Part shown: piece after piece, positions 18,068 to 26,797 of the stretch
How positions within the stretch are numbered: the stretch's first letter is position 1
Layout of the letters: every line of letters starts with the position of its first letter
Origin: a virus
Direction: 5' to 3' (one strand)
DNA length: 64,000 bases
Virus record (IMG/VR): IMGVR_UViG_3300031991_000011
Span: 1-64,000 of that record
Notes under the pieces: model-generated
Seen by the model: the letters and a program-made list of their open reading frames with translations, nothing else
Told to the model about the DNA's origin: nothing
Database searches by the model: none
Translations under genes and position numbers: made by a program

Positions 18068-18451
18068 ATGCCGCACGTCCTTCAATTCGTTCCAGGCAAC
18101 GACGAGTTCCCGGCTTCGGGTGTCCTCACCAGCACCGCGCGCCGCGGCGACAAGTGGTTCAACAAAGCCAAGCCCGGAGAACTTCTCGACCTCATGCTCG
18201 TGAAGAACGACGAGAACGTGCGCCGGCTCGGGCAAGCCGTGGTCATCGGTGTCGAACTCACGTCGCTCGAAGCGATCCTCGAAGACGCCGCGAGCAATCA
18301 CGCAATCCAGGCTGCCGACTTCAACCTCTCGCCGTCTGAGAAGCGCAAGCTGCTCGCCGACGCCCTTGAGCGGGCTTACGGTCCTCTCGAATCTACCGAG
18401 GTCTTCACGAAGCTCTCGTTCATGATCCTCGAAGGCATGGGGACCGCTTGA
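18068..18451 (+). CDS. hypothetical protein
   Basis: 127-aa ORF. Confidence 0.4.
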   Translation: MPHVLQFVPGNDEFPASGVLTSTARRGDKWFNKAKPGELLDLMLVKNDENVRRLGQAVVIGVELTSLEAILEDAASNHAIQAADFNLSPSEKRKLLADALERAYGPLESTEVFTKLSFMILEGMGTA

Positions 18452-18455
18452 CCGG

Positions 18456-19151
18456 ATGAGCCGCAAAAGCTTCCCCCGCACCGGTGACTACGGGCTGATC
18501 CACGCCGACCCGCCGTGGGCCTTCGCCACGCGCGGCGCTGGCGACAAGGTGCCGACGCAGGGCGACCAGCCCTACGCCACGCTGACGATGGAAGACCTGA
18601 TCACGCTGCCCGTCCCCAAGGCCGCGGCGCCAGACTGCGTGCTGGTGATGTGGACGACAAGCTCGCACGTCGTGCAAGCCATCGATCTCGCCCGCGCCTG
18701 GGGGTTCACATACAAGTCGCTCGGGTTCGTGTGGGTGAAGACTCAGAAGGGCGACCCGACCAAGCCGAAGATGGGCATGGGGTTCTGGGTGCGTCAGGAG
18801 TGCGAAACAACGCTGGTGTTCTGCCGCGGCGCGCCGAAGAGAATAGACGCGGGCGTCCGCCAGATGATCTTCGAGCCCGCCCGAGAACACAGCCGCAAGC
18901 CCGAGGAGGGCTACGCCCGCTGCGAGCGCTTGGCCGCCGGGCCCTATCTCGATCTGTTCGGCCGGGCCTCCCGGCCGGGCTGGACGGTCTGGGGAGACGA
19001 AGCCACGAAGTTCGACGCGCCGGCCGGCGCACGCCCCCTCGGCGTCAAGGATGCCTGGGCGGCCGGGGAGCTTGCAGATGTCGGTGATGTGCTCGCCGAC
19101 ATGCTTCCGACTCCTCGACGCCGGTCCCGAGAGGATTTGTTGGGTCTATGA
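18456..19151 (+). CDS. MT-A70 family N6-adenine DNA methyltransferase
   Basis: catalytic DPPW motif (IHADPPWAF) and MT-A70-like fold signature. Confidence 0.8.
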   Translation: MSRKSFPRTGDYGLIHADPPWAFATRGAGDKVPTQGDQPYATLTMEDLITLPVPKAAAPDCVLVMWTTSSHVVQAIDLARAWGFTYKSLGFVWVKTQKGDPTKPKMGMGFWVRQECETTLVFCRGAPKRIDAGVRQMIFEPAREHSRKPEEGYARCERLAAGPYLDLFGRASRPGWTVWGDEATKFDAPAGARPLGVKDAWAAGELADVGDVLADMLPTPRRRSREDLLGL

Positions 19152-19317
19152 TCCCCGAAAACCCTTTCGACGGCCGCGAGGCTGCCACGGCTAGGCCCTT
19201 CGGGCGACCCGCCCGCTACCCTAGTGGCCCAGACCCCTTCGACCGCGCCAGCGGGCTTCCCTGGCAGTTCTCCCCGAACAGGGGAAGTTTAGGAAGATTA
19301 CGACCTGGAGACGTAAC

Positions 19318-19914
19318 ATGACCGAGACCCGCAAGCCCATCACCTGGGGCTACATCCAGACCTACGGCGGCCGGAAGGTGTGGCTGGACGACGAGCACTT
19401 TCACCCCGAGAGCATCAACTTTTGGGACATCTACATCGCTTTGCCCCACATCAACCGATATTCGGGACACACCCGCTACCCCTATTCGGTGGCGCAGCAC
19501 TGCGTCCTCCTGTCCCGCGCCGTCGAGCGCGCCGGCATGGACCTCGATCACCAGAAGTGGGCGCTCATCCACGACTGGCCCGAGGCGTTCATCTCGGACA
19601 TCCCGCGGCCGTTCAAGAAGGCCATGCTGAAGATCACCGAACTCGACAACCGCATCCTCGGAGTCCTGGCGCGGCGCTATGGACTACCCGAGAAAATGCC
19701 GGACGTGCTCGACGAGTGGGACCAGCGGATGTGCCGCAACGAAATGGATGTGTTCGGCAACCAGAAGAACGAACCCTGGTGGCACGCCCTGGCGCCGATC
19801 CCGACACTGGAAGCCAGCGAGTTCCAACCGATGCACCCGGACAACGTGCGCTACGACATGATCGCGCGTTGCGAAGAACTGGACATCGACATCGACGCCG
19901 ATCTCGACCGATGA
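19318..19914 (+). CDS. HD-domain phosphohydrolase (YfbR-like 5'-deoxynucleotidase)
   Basis: H...HD motif (VAQHCVLLS ... LIHDWPEAFISDIP). Confidence 0.6.
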   Translation: MTETRKPITWGYIQTYGGRKVWLDDEHFHPESINFWDIYIALPHINRYSGHTRYPYSVAQHCVLLSRAVERAGMDLDHQKWALIHDWPEAFISDIPRPFKKAMLKITELDNRILGVLARRYGLPEKMPDVLDEWDQRMCRNEMDVFGNQKNEPWWHALAPIPTLEASEFQPMHPDNVRYDMIARCEELDIDIDADLDR

Positions 19915-20267
19915 GCCCGGACATCATCAACGGCTGCTTCGAGCTATTCGGTGGCCTGCTCATGTGGCTTTCGATCCGGCAGATCATCCGGGACAAGCAG
20001 ATCGTGGGCTTCTCGCCGGCGCCGCTGATCTTCTGGACCGCGTGGGGTTTGTGGAACTTGTTCTACTACCCGTCGCTCGACCAGTGGTTCAGCTTCCTCG
20101 GCGGGATCGTGGTCGTGGTCAGCAACGCGATCTACCTCGTGCTGATCTGGCACTTCTCTCGCCGAGCACCGAGAAAGCTGCCGAACGACGCCGTGATCTG
20201 GGACGGCACGTTCGACCCGAGCCACAACCCGAACGACGACTGCTGTAACTGCCCGACATGTCGCTGA
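19911..20267 (+). CDS. membrane protein with C-terminal CCNCPTC cluster
   Basis: three predicted TM helices; ATGA-type overlap. Confidence 0.4.
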   Translation: MSPDIINGCFELFGGLLMWLSIRQIIRDKQIVGFSPAPLIFWTAWGLWNLFYYPSLDQWFSFLGGIVVVVSNAIYLVLIWHFSRRAPRKLPNDAVIWDGTFDPSHNPNDDCCNCPTCR

Positions 20268-20581
20268 TCTTCCGAGTCGCGACCCTGGTCATCGCGTTGT
20301 GCGCCTTCGCCCTGGCTCTGCACAACGCGCCGGCCGTCGAGGAGGAAGAAGAGTTCCTGGACCCTGGGCACCCGACGCACCGGGCAGAGATACTGATCTG
20401 CACCTGGAGCAGGAACAACATGGTCGAGATGGTTTGCCAGGAGTATGAGGCCATCTACGACTACGCCGAGGATTGCGAGATCGGTGGCTGGGAAGAAGTT
20501 CGGCGCCTGACGTTCTGGGATCGCATCAAGGGGCGTCGTGTGTGGGGGCGCGTTGAGTGCATCCGAGAGTACGAAGCATAA
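20258..20581 (+). CDS. hypothetical protein with N-terminal TM helix
   Basis: 107-aa ORF; last gene of the + strand arm. Confidence 0.4.
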   Translation: MSLIFRVATLVIALCAFALALHNAPAVEEEEEFLDPGHPTHRAEILICTWSRNNMVEMVCQEYEAIYDYAEDCEIGGWEEVRRLTFWDRIKGRRVWGRVECIREYEA

Positions 20582-20582
20582 G

Positions 20583-20656
20583 TGGCACTGGTGCTGAGAC
20601 TCGAACTCAGTTTTCGAGGGACACAATCTCGCGTCTTACCCATGGACCACACCAGC
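20583..20656 (-). tRNA. tRNA-like element (possible anticodon GTG, His) at strand-switch point
   Basis: 7-bp acceptor (G1-U72 wobble), GG in D-loop, perfect CTGAG-TTCGAGT-CTCAG T-arm, encoded CCA; D stem only 3 bp and anticodon stem has a mismatch. Confidence 0.4.
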
Positions 20657-20667
20657 GTAAGCCAGGG

Positions 20668-20988
20668 TCAATGCGATCCACCAGAGAAGATCGAGGCGAG
20701 CGCTTCCTTGCCGATTGCGAACAGGACGCCCCACACGAACGCGGCGGCTGCGGCGTAGGTGCCGACCTTCGCCATGATCTTGATACGCCAGCCTTCCAGC
20801 GGCGCGATGCGCTGTTCGAGGCGCTGTTCGAGGCGCTGGTGGATTTCGCGGTCGGTGACGACGTGATCGTCCACCTTCTTTTCGAGCGTTTCCGCGCGCT
20901 GGGCGGCGAGCATGGCGGCGACCTTGGCCTCATCGACCTTATCCTCGATTCGGTTGAGGATCGAAATGATGAGTCCATCGTCGGCCAT
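20668..20988 (-). CDS. coiled-coil protein with C-terminal TM helix (lysis cassette, spanin-like?)
   Basis: 106 aa; TM YAAAAAFVWGVLFAIG near C terminus. Confidence 0.35.
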   Translation of the reverse strand: MADDGLIISILNRIEDKVDEAKVAAMLAAQRAETLEKKVDDHVVTDREIHQRLEQRLEQRIAPLEGWRIKIMAKVGTYAAAAAFVWGVLFAIGKEALASIFSGGSH

Positions 20989-21002
20989 GCTCGCCTCCTG
21001 GG

Positions 21003-21206
21003 TCAGGGCTTGATGATCCCCTGCAACGCGGCGACGGCGGCGTCGTAGGAGGCATCGTTGTCGGAACGGAGCTTCGCGAGTTCCGCCTTCAAGACGGCCT
21101 CGTCAGTCTCCGAGAGGGTTTGCTTCACGGCCGCGATGAGAGCCGGAAGCTGCGGCAGGAGTTGGTTGAGAAGGACCAACGCCTGGATGGCTTGTAGCGT
21201 GTTCAA
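21003..21206 (-). CDS. hypothetical small protein (lysis cassette)
   Basis: 67-aa ORF. Confidence 0.3.
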   Translation of the reverse strand: MNTLQAIQALVLLNQLLPQLPALIAAVKQTLSETDEAVLKAELAKLRSDNDASYDAAVAALQGIIKP

Positions 21207-21598
21207 TTGGGGCTCCCCGCGCGCCGCAGGATCGAGAGTTGCTGAAGGAGGGTCGTCAACGCTGCTACCTGGGCCACCGCGTCCTGCGTCGCGAGGGCCG
21301 CGTCAGCGGCGTTACCGGAGTCGTACAGGGCCCGAGCACGGCGGACGGCCGTGTCGGTCTGGACGAGCACAGGGAGGATTTGAGCGGCGGTGCTCTGATC
21401 GATGGCGCCGATGGCCGCGGCGTCGTTCACAGTTCGGAGAACGAAGCTGTAGGCCAGTTCGACGGTGATCAAAGCTTTCTCGTCGTAGGTCGCGACGCTC
21501 TCGCTCGAAGTGAGGCGCGAGAGAGTCGAGCACGCGGAAAGCGCCGGCACTGCAAGCAGTGCCAGCGCAAGACCGAGTGCAGAGAAGATACGCTTCAT
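21203..21598 (-). CDS. putative lipoprotein (o-spanin-like)
   Basis: MKRIFSALGLALALLAVPALSAC lipobox signal; ATG at 21598. Confidence 0.5.
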   Translation of the reverse strand: MKRIFSALGLALALLAVPALSACSTLSRLTSSESVATYDEKALITVELAYSFVLRTVNDAAAIGAIDQSTAAQILPVLVQTDTAVRRARALYDSGNAADAALATQDAVAQVAALTTLLQQLSILRRAGSPN

Positions 21599-21626
21599 GT
21601 GGGCTGATCCCTCTGCTGGGCTGAAA

Positions 21627-21854
21627 TTACGCGGCGTCGGTGGGCGACGGCGCGGGTGAGGTCTTCTTGAACACGGACGTGTTCGTGAAGAGGCGCAGGA
21701 TGCCGGCGACGGCGAGCGCACCGGTGGCAATGGCTTGCGCCACACCCTGGTCGAGATCGACGGCGCCGAGGTATTCAGCGACGCCGGGAGCCAGACCCAG
21801 CAAGACAACCGCAACGGTGCGGAAGCCCTTCAAGCTGGCGAGGAAGTCGTTCAT
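21627..21854 (-). CDS. holin-like small membrane protein
   Basis: ATG 21854 with AAAGGA RBS; TM helix VAVVLLGLAPGVAEYLG plus AIATGALAVAGIL. Confidence 0.4.
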   Translation of the reverse strand: MNDFLASLKGFRTVAVVLLGLAPGVAEYLGAVDLDQGVAQAIATGALAVAGILRLFTNTSVFKKTSPAPSPTDAA

Positions 21855-21903
21855 GGTCAGTCCTTTCTTGGTGAAGTCAAATTCCAACTGCTCGTCCACT
21901 GAC

Positions 21904-22179
21904 TTAGATCAGCGGCGAGTTCGAGCCGATCACGCCGGCTTCGAGCGTGGCGAGACGAGCGCGCAGCGCGTCGAGTTCGGCCGCGACCGACCGCGTGGCC
22001 TGCGTCGAGTTCGAGTCGTTCGCGGTGTAGTCGATGTTCTCGGCGTTGAAGGTGCCTTGGCCGCCGAGCAGTTCGTCGATCATCTCGAAGCCGCGCTTGA
22101 CGGTGCGTTGCAGCGCGAAGATGCCGAGAACTTTGAGCGGCAACCCGAAGTTCGTGGTTTGGGGATCAGATACGGCCAT
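21904..22179 (-). CDS. hypothetical protein carrying a DSNS motif
   Basis: 91 aa; contains ANDSNSTQA encoded by the exact GAGTTCGAGTC 11-mer. Confidence 0.4.
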   Translation of the reverse strand: MAVSDPQTTNFGLPLKVLGIFALQRTVKRGFEMIDELLGGQGTFNAENIDYTANDSNSTQATRSVAAELDALRARLATLEAGVIGSNSPLI

Positions 22180-22260
22180 GGTGGTCTCTCCTTCGGTCGG
22201 CTTTAGCGCCGCCCATCAACGAGCCGAACCTATGACCAATCGCCTGCCTTTGTCCACACC

Positions 22261-23100
22261 CTAGCTGAGAGCTTGGTCAAGAGGCTGCCAGGGTGCCTCG
22301 GGGATACCCGGTTGCGTTGCACGCACAACCTCGACTCCCATTCCGCGCAAGATCAAGCACATGGGCCCCAGCTTCGCGGCGAATTTCGCGTAGTTGCAGG
22401 TGTTCGTTTTGACCTTGTGCTTGTTGTGCCACTGCGCCTCGCCTTTCGGTCCAACCTGCATGTCGATCCCGAAGAGCACGATCTTCCGGGCTCCCAGAAC
22501 CCAGGCGAGGTTGGTGGCCTGCGTCCCACTGTCCCACCCATGCAATCGACGTCGATCTGTGTTGAACTTGTTCCGGTCTCGCCAGAAGCGCTTGAGCCGC
22601 GGGTGGTAGACCTCGCTCACGTCGCTCGTGGCTGTCGTGATGATCTTCGGCTCCTTCCACTCCTTGAGAACTTTGACGTGATTCCAGCGCCACCACGGGC
22701 AGTCTGCGAAGTGCAGGACTTCCGCCCACGGCGCGATCTCAAACGACTGGTTGACCGCGATGCAGCGGTGTCCCTTCGTCACGGAGATGTCGAACGTCTT
22801 CAAGCTCGGGCCGCCGCCGATGATGCAGACGATCTCGCCGTCGAACATGCGCGGCGCGTCCCACGGGACGATCCCGCGCGGCCCGTGCGGGTTGTGATTT
22901 TCAGGCACCACACGATCTCGATACGGGCGTCGCACCGGCGTGGGTGCGGCTTGTCTCGGTGGCGACGGAGGCGGGGGCAACGCCCGCTTGATCCGCGGCC
23001 TAGGGTCCGGCGGTGGTTGTGTCCGCTGCTTCCGAGCAAGTTCTGCCTGCTGCTGGCGTCGCTCGGCGAGACGCTGGCGCCAGGGCTTGCCGTCCTTCAT
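22261..23100 (-). CDS. Maf/DUF115-like putative glycosyltransferase
   Basis: IVCIIGGGPSLK ... CIAVN ... ATNLAWVLGARKIVLFGIDM resembles the Maf (PF01973-like) GNGPSL / VN signature; paralog of 51891..52505. Confidence 0.5.
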   Translation of the reverse strand: MKDGKPWRQRLAERRQQQAELARKQRTQPPPDPRPRIKRALPPPPSPPRQAAPTPVRRPYRDRVVPENHNPHGPRGIVPWDAPRMFDGEIVCIIGGGPSLKTFDISVTKGHRCIAVNQSFEIAPWAEVLHFADCPWWRWNHVKVLKEWKEPKIITTATSDVSEVYHPRLKRFWRDRNKFNTDRRRLHGWDSGTQATNLAWVLGARKIVLFGIDMQVGPKGEAQWHNKHKVKTNTCNYAKFAAKLGPMCLILRGMGVEVVRATQPGIPEAPWQPLDQALS

Positions 23101-25778
23101 GGCGAGTTCGAGCTTTCCGGGCCGACGCACAGAGCAACGCCGCGAACGGCGGCCGTGTGAACAGCCGAGTAGTTGAGGTTGAAGCCGGTCGAGATGTGCG
23201 AGAACGTGGCGGCGACGGTCCCGAGAGACGTGCCGCGGCCGATCCGAAACTGGTTGGTGCGGGCACCGCACGCGCAGTTCGTCGGGTCGGCGCCGGCTTC
23301 GTTGAACACGGAGAAGCCAACACCGTCCGTGTCGTCGTAAGCGCCGAAGCCGAAGCCGCTGGCCTCCGCGGTGTTGAACACCGACGTGTCCCACGATTCG
23401 TTGCTCGTGCCGATCAACATCGTCAGATCGGGATTGAAGCCGGGCGTGGTGTAGTCCACCGAACCGGTGCTGGTCGGCGTCGTGAACGAGAACACACGCG
23501 CTTGTGCGCCTGGGATGTAGAAGAGGAGTTGATAGGTGTCTGTGTTGCCGAGCGCGGCGCCTGCGGTGTACGTCAGTCCATCGTCAGTCAGCGACCCGAC
23601 CGTGATGTGGTTGTGCGTCGCCGCAGACGGGGATTGTTGAGTCTCAACGCGAGTGTTCGATGCCACGAGGCCCGGCTGGCTGCCGGCGGGTTGCCCGTCC
23701 AATTGCGCAGCACCGAAGCAGCCCTGGTTGCCCGCAGAATCGAAGAAGCCGAGGCCCATACTGTAGACGGCGTTGTCGCCGTCGCCGTTCCCCGCGTTCG
23801 ACGCCTCGCCAAACTGGATGCCGAACGTCGGGTGGAACCCGATTCGATCCACCAAGTTTGCGCCGTTCGCGAAGTCGATCTCTTCGTTGATCCACACTTC
23901 CATCGTGTCGCCGGCCAGGAAGATCGCGACGAACTGGTGCGGGACACCGGACACGTCGTCGTAAGTGATTTCAATGCCGTTGGCGAACCAGTCGGTGACG
24001 CGGCACTGAATCGTCGTGTTCAAGATGGCGACGATCTCGCCGGGCGACGCCATGGAGATCACACGACCTTCGCGCTGTTCGCTGTTGCAGTCTGTCGAGG
24101 CTTGGGCGTCCTCGTGGTTCGCAGAGTACGCCCACTGGTGCCCGTAGCGCGTTGCTGCGCCGACCGCCGTCACGACGCCGTTGAAGTCGGAGCCCGATTG
24201 CGCCCACGTCCCCATGATGATGACGGCTTTGGGTACGCGCCCGCCGAGCTTGCTGGTCGAGATGATTTGCGTTTTCAGGGCCGTGCTGTTCGAGTCCGCT
24301 GTGCTGTTCGAGACCTCGTTCGCAGCATCCGGGCTGGTCGTGAACGGGTGCACGGCAATCGCGTAGTCGTCGGCCTTGTTGAGTTCGATGTAGCCGAACC
24401 CGCCGATTTGATATTGCGCGGTCTGCGCGGTCGCAGTGATGCCGTGAGAACTCGGCACCAGCGCACCAACGGTCTGACTCGAAAACGTGTATCCCTCACC
24501 AGAGTTGATGACACCTGCGTCTTGGCTCTCGGTGTAGTTGTTCGTCCCCGCAACGGCGCCGATGAACACGATGTCGTTCTGCCGAAGGAACACAGGCTCG
24601 GCGAGCGGGATCGTGTTGGCCCCGGTGATGGTCGCCGTGAAAACTTCGGTGAATGCGATCATGTTCGAGGGAACACCCGCACTGTTGGCAGAGTAGACAG
24701 CGGCCTGGAACGTCGTCGTGCCAGCGCCGGCGTCTGAGTTCGAGTCGAACGAGTCCCCGAAATAGCGCGTGACGTGGGTCAGCCACATGTCCTGCGGCAC
24801 TCGGTACTTCCGCATCCGGTAAGTCCCAGTCGTGCCGTTCTGATCTACGGCGATCCCAGGTGCCGTGCGACCGAGGTAAACATCTTCCGCATCAACATGG
24901 CAGCTTATCGAGACACGCCCGTGATTGCCGTTGCTCGGAGACACACCAGAGGTCTGTGCAATCGGAGTGTTCCAGCCGATATCGTCACGACCGCGAGTCC
25001 CGAGCGAGCTATCTTGGAAACTTTCAGACCAGACGTTCGCGCCGTCTTGCTTCGCGAACCCAGAGCCGCCAGCGCCACCACCGCCATTGGCACCGCCAGC
25101 GCCACCGTAGTAGCCGCCGCCGCCGCCGCCGGCATAATCGCCCGTGCCCTGGTCTACGAACCGACTCGTGTCCGTCCACCCACGGCCACCTTGGAATGCC
25201 GCGCCGCTGTTGCCGGCTTCTTCGCTGTTGACACCGCCGGCAATCTGCGAGCCGCCTGTCGTTTCGGTGCCACCTGGGAAGCCACTCTGACCTCCGCCGC
25301 GCCCGCCGTCGCTGTCGGTGAGCGAACCGTCCGAGTCTCCGCCACCACCGCCGGCTGCTCCATAGAGCACGCCGTTGAGGTAGATGCGCGAGCCACCGCC
25401 GCCACCAGAGCCCGCCGTCGCTCCCGCGTATGCCCCGTCTCCGCCGTCAGGCCACCCGCCGGCGCCGCCTTCGGTGTTGTCGGTTCCGTGCAGCCCGCCT
25501 TGCCCTGCATAGATCGCAATGATGTCGCCCGGCACCACGTTCATGATGCCCCGCGCGTGGCCGCCGCCGCCGCCAGTCCGCACCCCGAGATTACCGTTCG
25601 CGGCGGCGGCGCCCCAACAAGACCAGGAGATTGCGTAGCAGCCTTCCGGCACTGCCCGTTCGACGATGGCGCCGGTATAGTCGAAATTGGTGAGCCCGGC
25701 TACAAGCTCTTCGGCGAGGTTCACACGACGTGAACCCGCGACGAGACCCGGAATCTTGATGAGAGGATAAGCGGCCAT
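23097..25778 (-). CDS. tail fiber protein (Gly-rich)
   Basis: 893 aa with long GGxGG runs; several DSNS motifs; lies between the J-like gene and the lysis genes. Confidence 0.55.
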   Translation of the reverse strand: MAAYPLIKIPGLVAGSRRVNLAEELVAGLTNFDYTGAIVERAVPEGCYAISWSCWGAAAANGNLGVRTGGGGGHARGIMNVVPGDIIAIYAGQGGLHGTDNTEGGAGGWPDGGDGAYAGATAGSGGGGGSRIYLNGVLYGAAGGGGGDSDGSLTDSDGGRGGGQSGFPGGTETTGGSQIAGGVNSEEAGNSGAAFQGGRGWTDTSRFVDQGTGDYAGGGGGGYYGGAGGANGGGGAGGSGFAKQDGANVWSESFQDSSLGTRGRDDIGWNTPIAQTSGVSPSNGNHGRVSISCHVDAEDVYLGRTAPGIAVDQNGTTGTYRMRKYRVPQDMWLTHVTRYFGDSFDSNSDAGAGTTTFQAAVYSANSAGVPSNMIAFTEVFTATITGANTIPLAEPVFLRQNDIVFIGAVAGTNNYTESQDAGVINSGEGYTFSSQTVGALVPSSHGITATAQTAQYQIGGFGYIELNKADDYAIAVHPFTTSPDAANEVSNSTADSNSTALKTQIISTSKLGGRVPKAVIIMGTWAQSGSDFNGVVTAVGAATRYGHQWAYSANHEDAQASTDCNSEQREGRVISMASPGEIVAILNTTIQCRVTDWFANGIEITYDDVSGVPHQFVAIFLAGDTMEVWINEEIDFANGANLVDRIGFHPTFGIQFGEASNAGNGDGDNAVYSMGLGFFDSAGNQGCFGAAQLDGQPAGSQPGLVASNTRVETQQSPSAATHNHITVGSLTDDGLTYTAGAALGNTDTYQLLFYIPGAQARVFSFTTPTSTGSVDYTTPGFNPDLTMLIGTSNESWDTSVFNTAEASGFGFGAYDDTDGVGFSVFNEAGADPTNCACGARTNQFRIGRGTSLGTVAATFSHISTGFNLNYSAVHTAAVRGVALCVGPESSNSP

Positions 25779-25789
25779 GTGGTCTTCCT

Positions 25790-26785
25790 TTAGGCGGGAT
25801 CGAGATCGCCGAACACATACCAGCGGTTCGCGACCGAGCCTTTCACGATGCTGATCACAGAACCGTAGCCGCGAGTGAGCGGCGTCATGTCGGCGGGATA
25901 GATCAACTCGACGAGACCCGGAGAGTTCGAGTCCTCGACCGCCACGATCTGCACCTGCATGTCGCCCATCTGCACGAAGCTGACGGTGTAGCCTTTCGGC
26001 AGTGACACGAGCGCTTCTTCCGGCACGCCGACCGAGATGGAGGTCGCCGTCGAGTTCGAGTTGTCTGTGACCTCGAAGAACGAGCGGTTCTGCGCGAGCG
26101 ACAACGTGAAGTCCGCGGTCACTGCGACCGGGAAGTTCATGCGGGCCTGCGCGTAGAGATCGTCGAGGGCGTCGCCGACCGTCGTCTGGATCGAGTTCGA
26201 GTCGCCTTCGTCGGCCGCGTCGTACAACAGGGTGTGCGCTTCTCCGACCGATCCGCTACCGCCGCCCGCGCCGAACGAGTTCGAGTCGTCGTCGCGGTTT
26301 TCGTAGACCAGGATGCGGGCAGCGAGCGAGTTGGTGCGGTGATAGAGGTCGTCGAGCGCGTCGCGGACGTTGGTCTCCTCGGAGTTCGAGTCGCCCTCGG
26401 CGTCGTAGGTCACATCGCCGGCGCCGATTGAAGAACCGGAGAGAGCCGTCCACACGCCGCCGGTGTAGCGGTAGCGGCCACCGTCAGCGACGACGTAGAC
26501 CTCCCACCCTTCGCCGGGCGTGTAATAGACCCATTCCTCCAGGCCCGTGTCGCCCTCCCACAGGATGATCGAGCCGGACGGCCCGCTGTTGGAGTCCTCG
26601 GCCGTGAGGATGTGGGCGTCGCCTGCGCTCGGGGTGTCGGGCAGCGACGAGACGCGCGAGAGCACCACCTTCGTGACGAGCAGCGAGAGCTTGCGCAAGT
26701 CCTCGCTTGCGCGGGTGCCCCAGCCGTCCTCGCCGACCGTGTAGAAGGCTCGAAGCCCGAGCCCAGGGAGATCACGCGCTGCCAT
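25790..26785 (-). CDS. tail fiber / structural protein with 5-6 DSNS motifs
   Basis: 331-aa ORF in the tail fiber region. Confidence 0.5.
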   Translation of the reverse strand: MAARDLPGLGLRAFYTVGEDGWGTRASEDLRKLSLLVTKVVLSRVSSLPDTPSAGDAHILTAEDSNSGPSGSIILWEGDTGLEEWVYYTPGEGWEVYVVADGGRYRYTGGVWTALSGSSIGAGDVTYDAEGDSNSEETNVRDALDDLYHRTNSLAARILVYENRDDDSNSFGAGGGSGSVGEAHTLLYDAADEGDSNSIQTTVGDALDDLYAQARMNFPVAVTADFTLSLAQNRSFFEVTDNSNSTATSISVGVPEEALVSLPKGYTVSFVQMGDMQVQIVAVEDSNSPGLVELIYPADMTPLTRGYGSVISIVKGSVANRWYVFGDLDPA

Positions 26786-26797
26786 TGCCTACGCTCC

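Noticed and set aside
13008-19914. Z-genome (2-aminoadenine) pathway because MazG-like and HD enzymes are present
   Set aside because: No PurZ/adenylosuccinate-synthetase-like ORF in the window. The enzymes are generic nucleotide hydrolases.
20583-20656. Functional link between tRNA-like T-arm and the DSNS 11-mer
   Set aside because: GTTCGAGTC is a common T-loop sequence. The match is likely coincidental.
23013-24737. 574-aa plus-strand ORF (and 26612..29455 947-aa ORF) antisense to tail genes
   Set aside because: Opposite the Gly-rich fiber and J-like genes. The translation is Arg/Val/Ala low complexity. The sense genes have coupled starts and a coherent module order.
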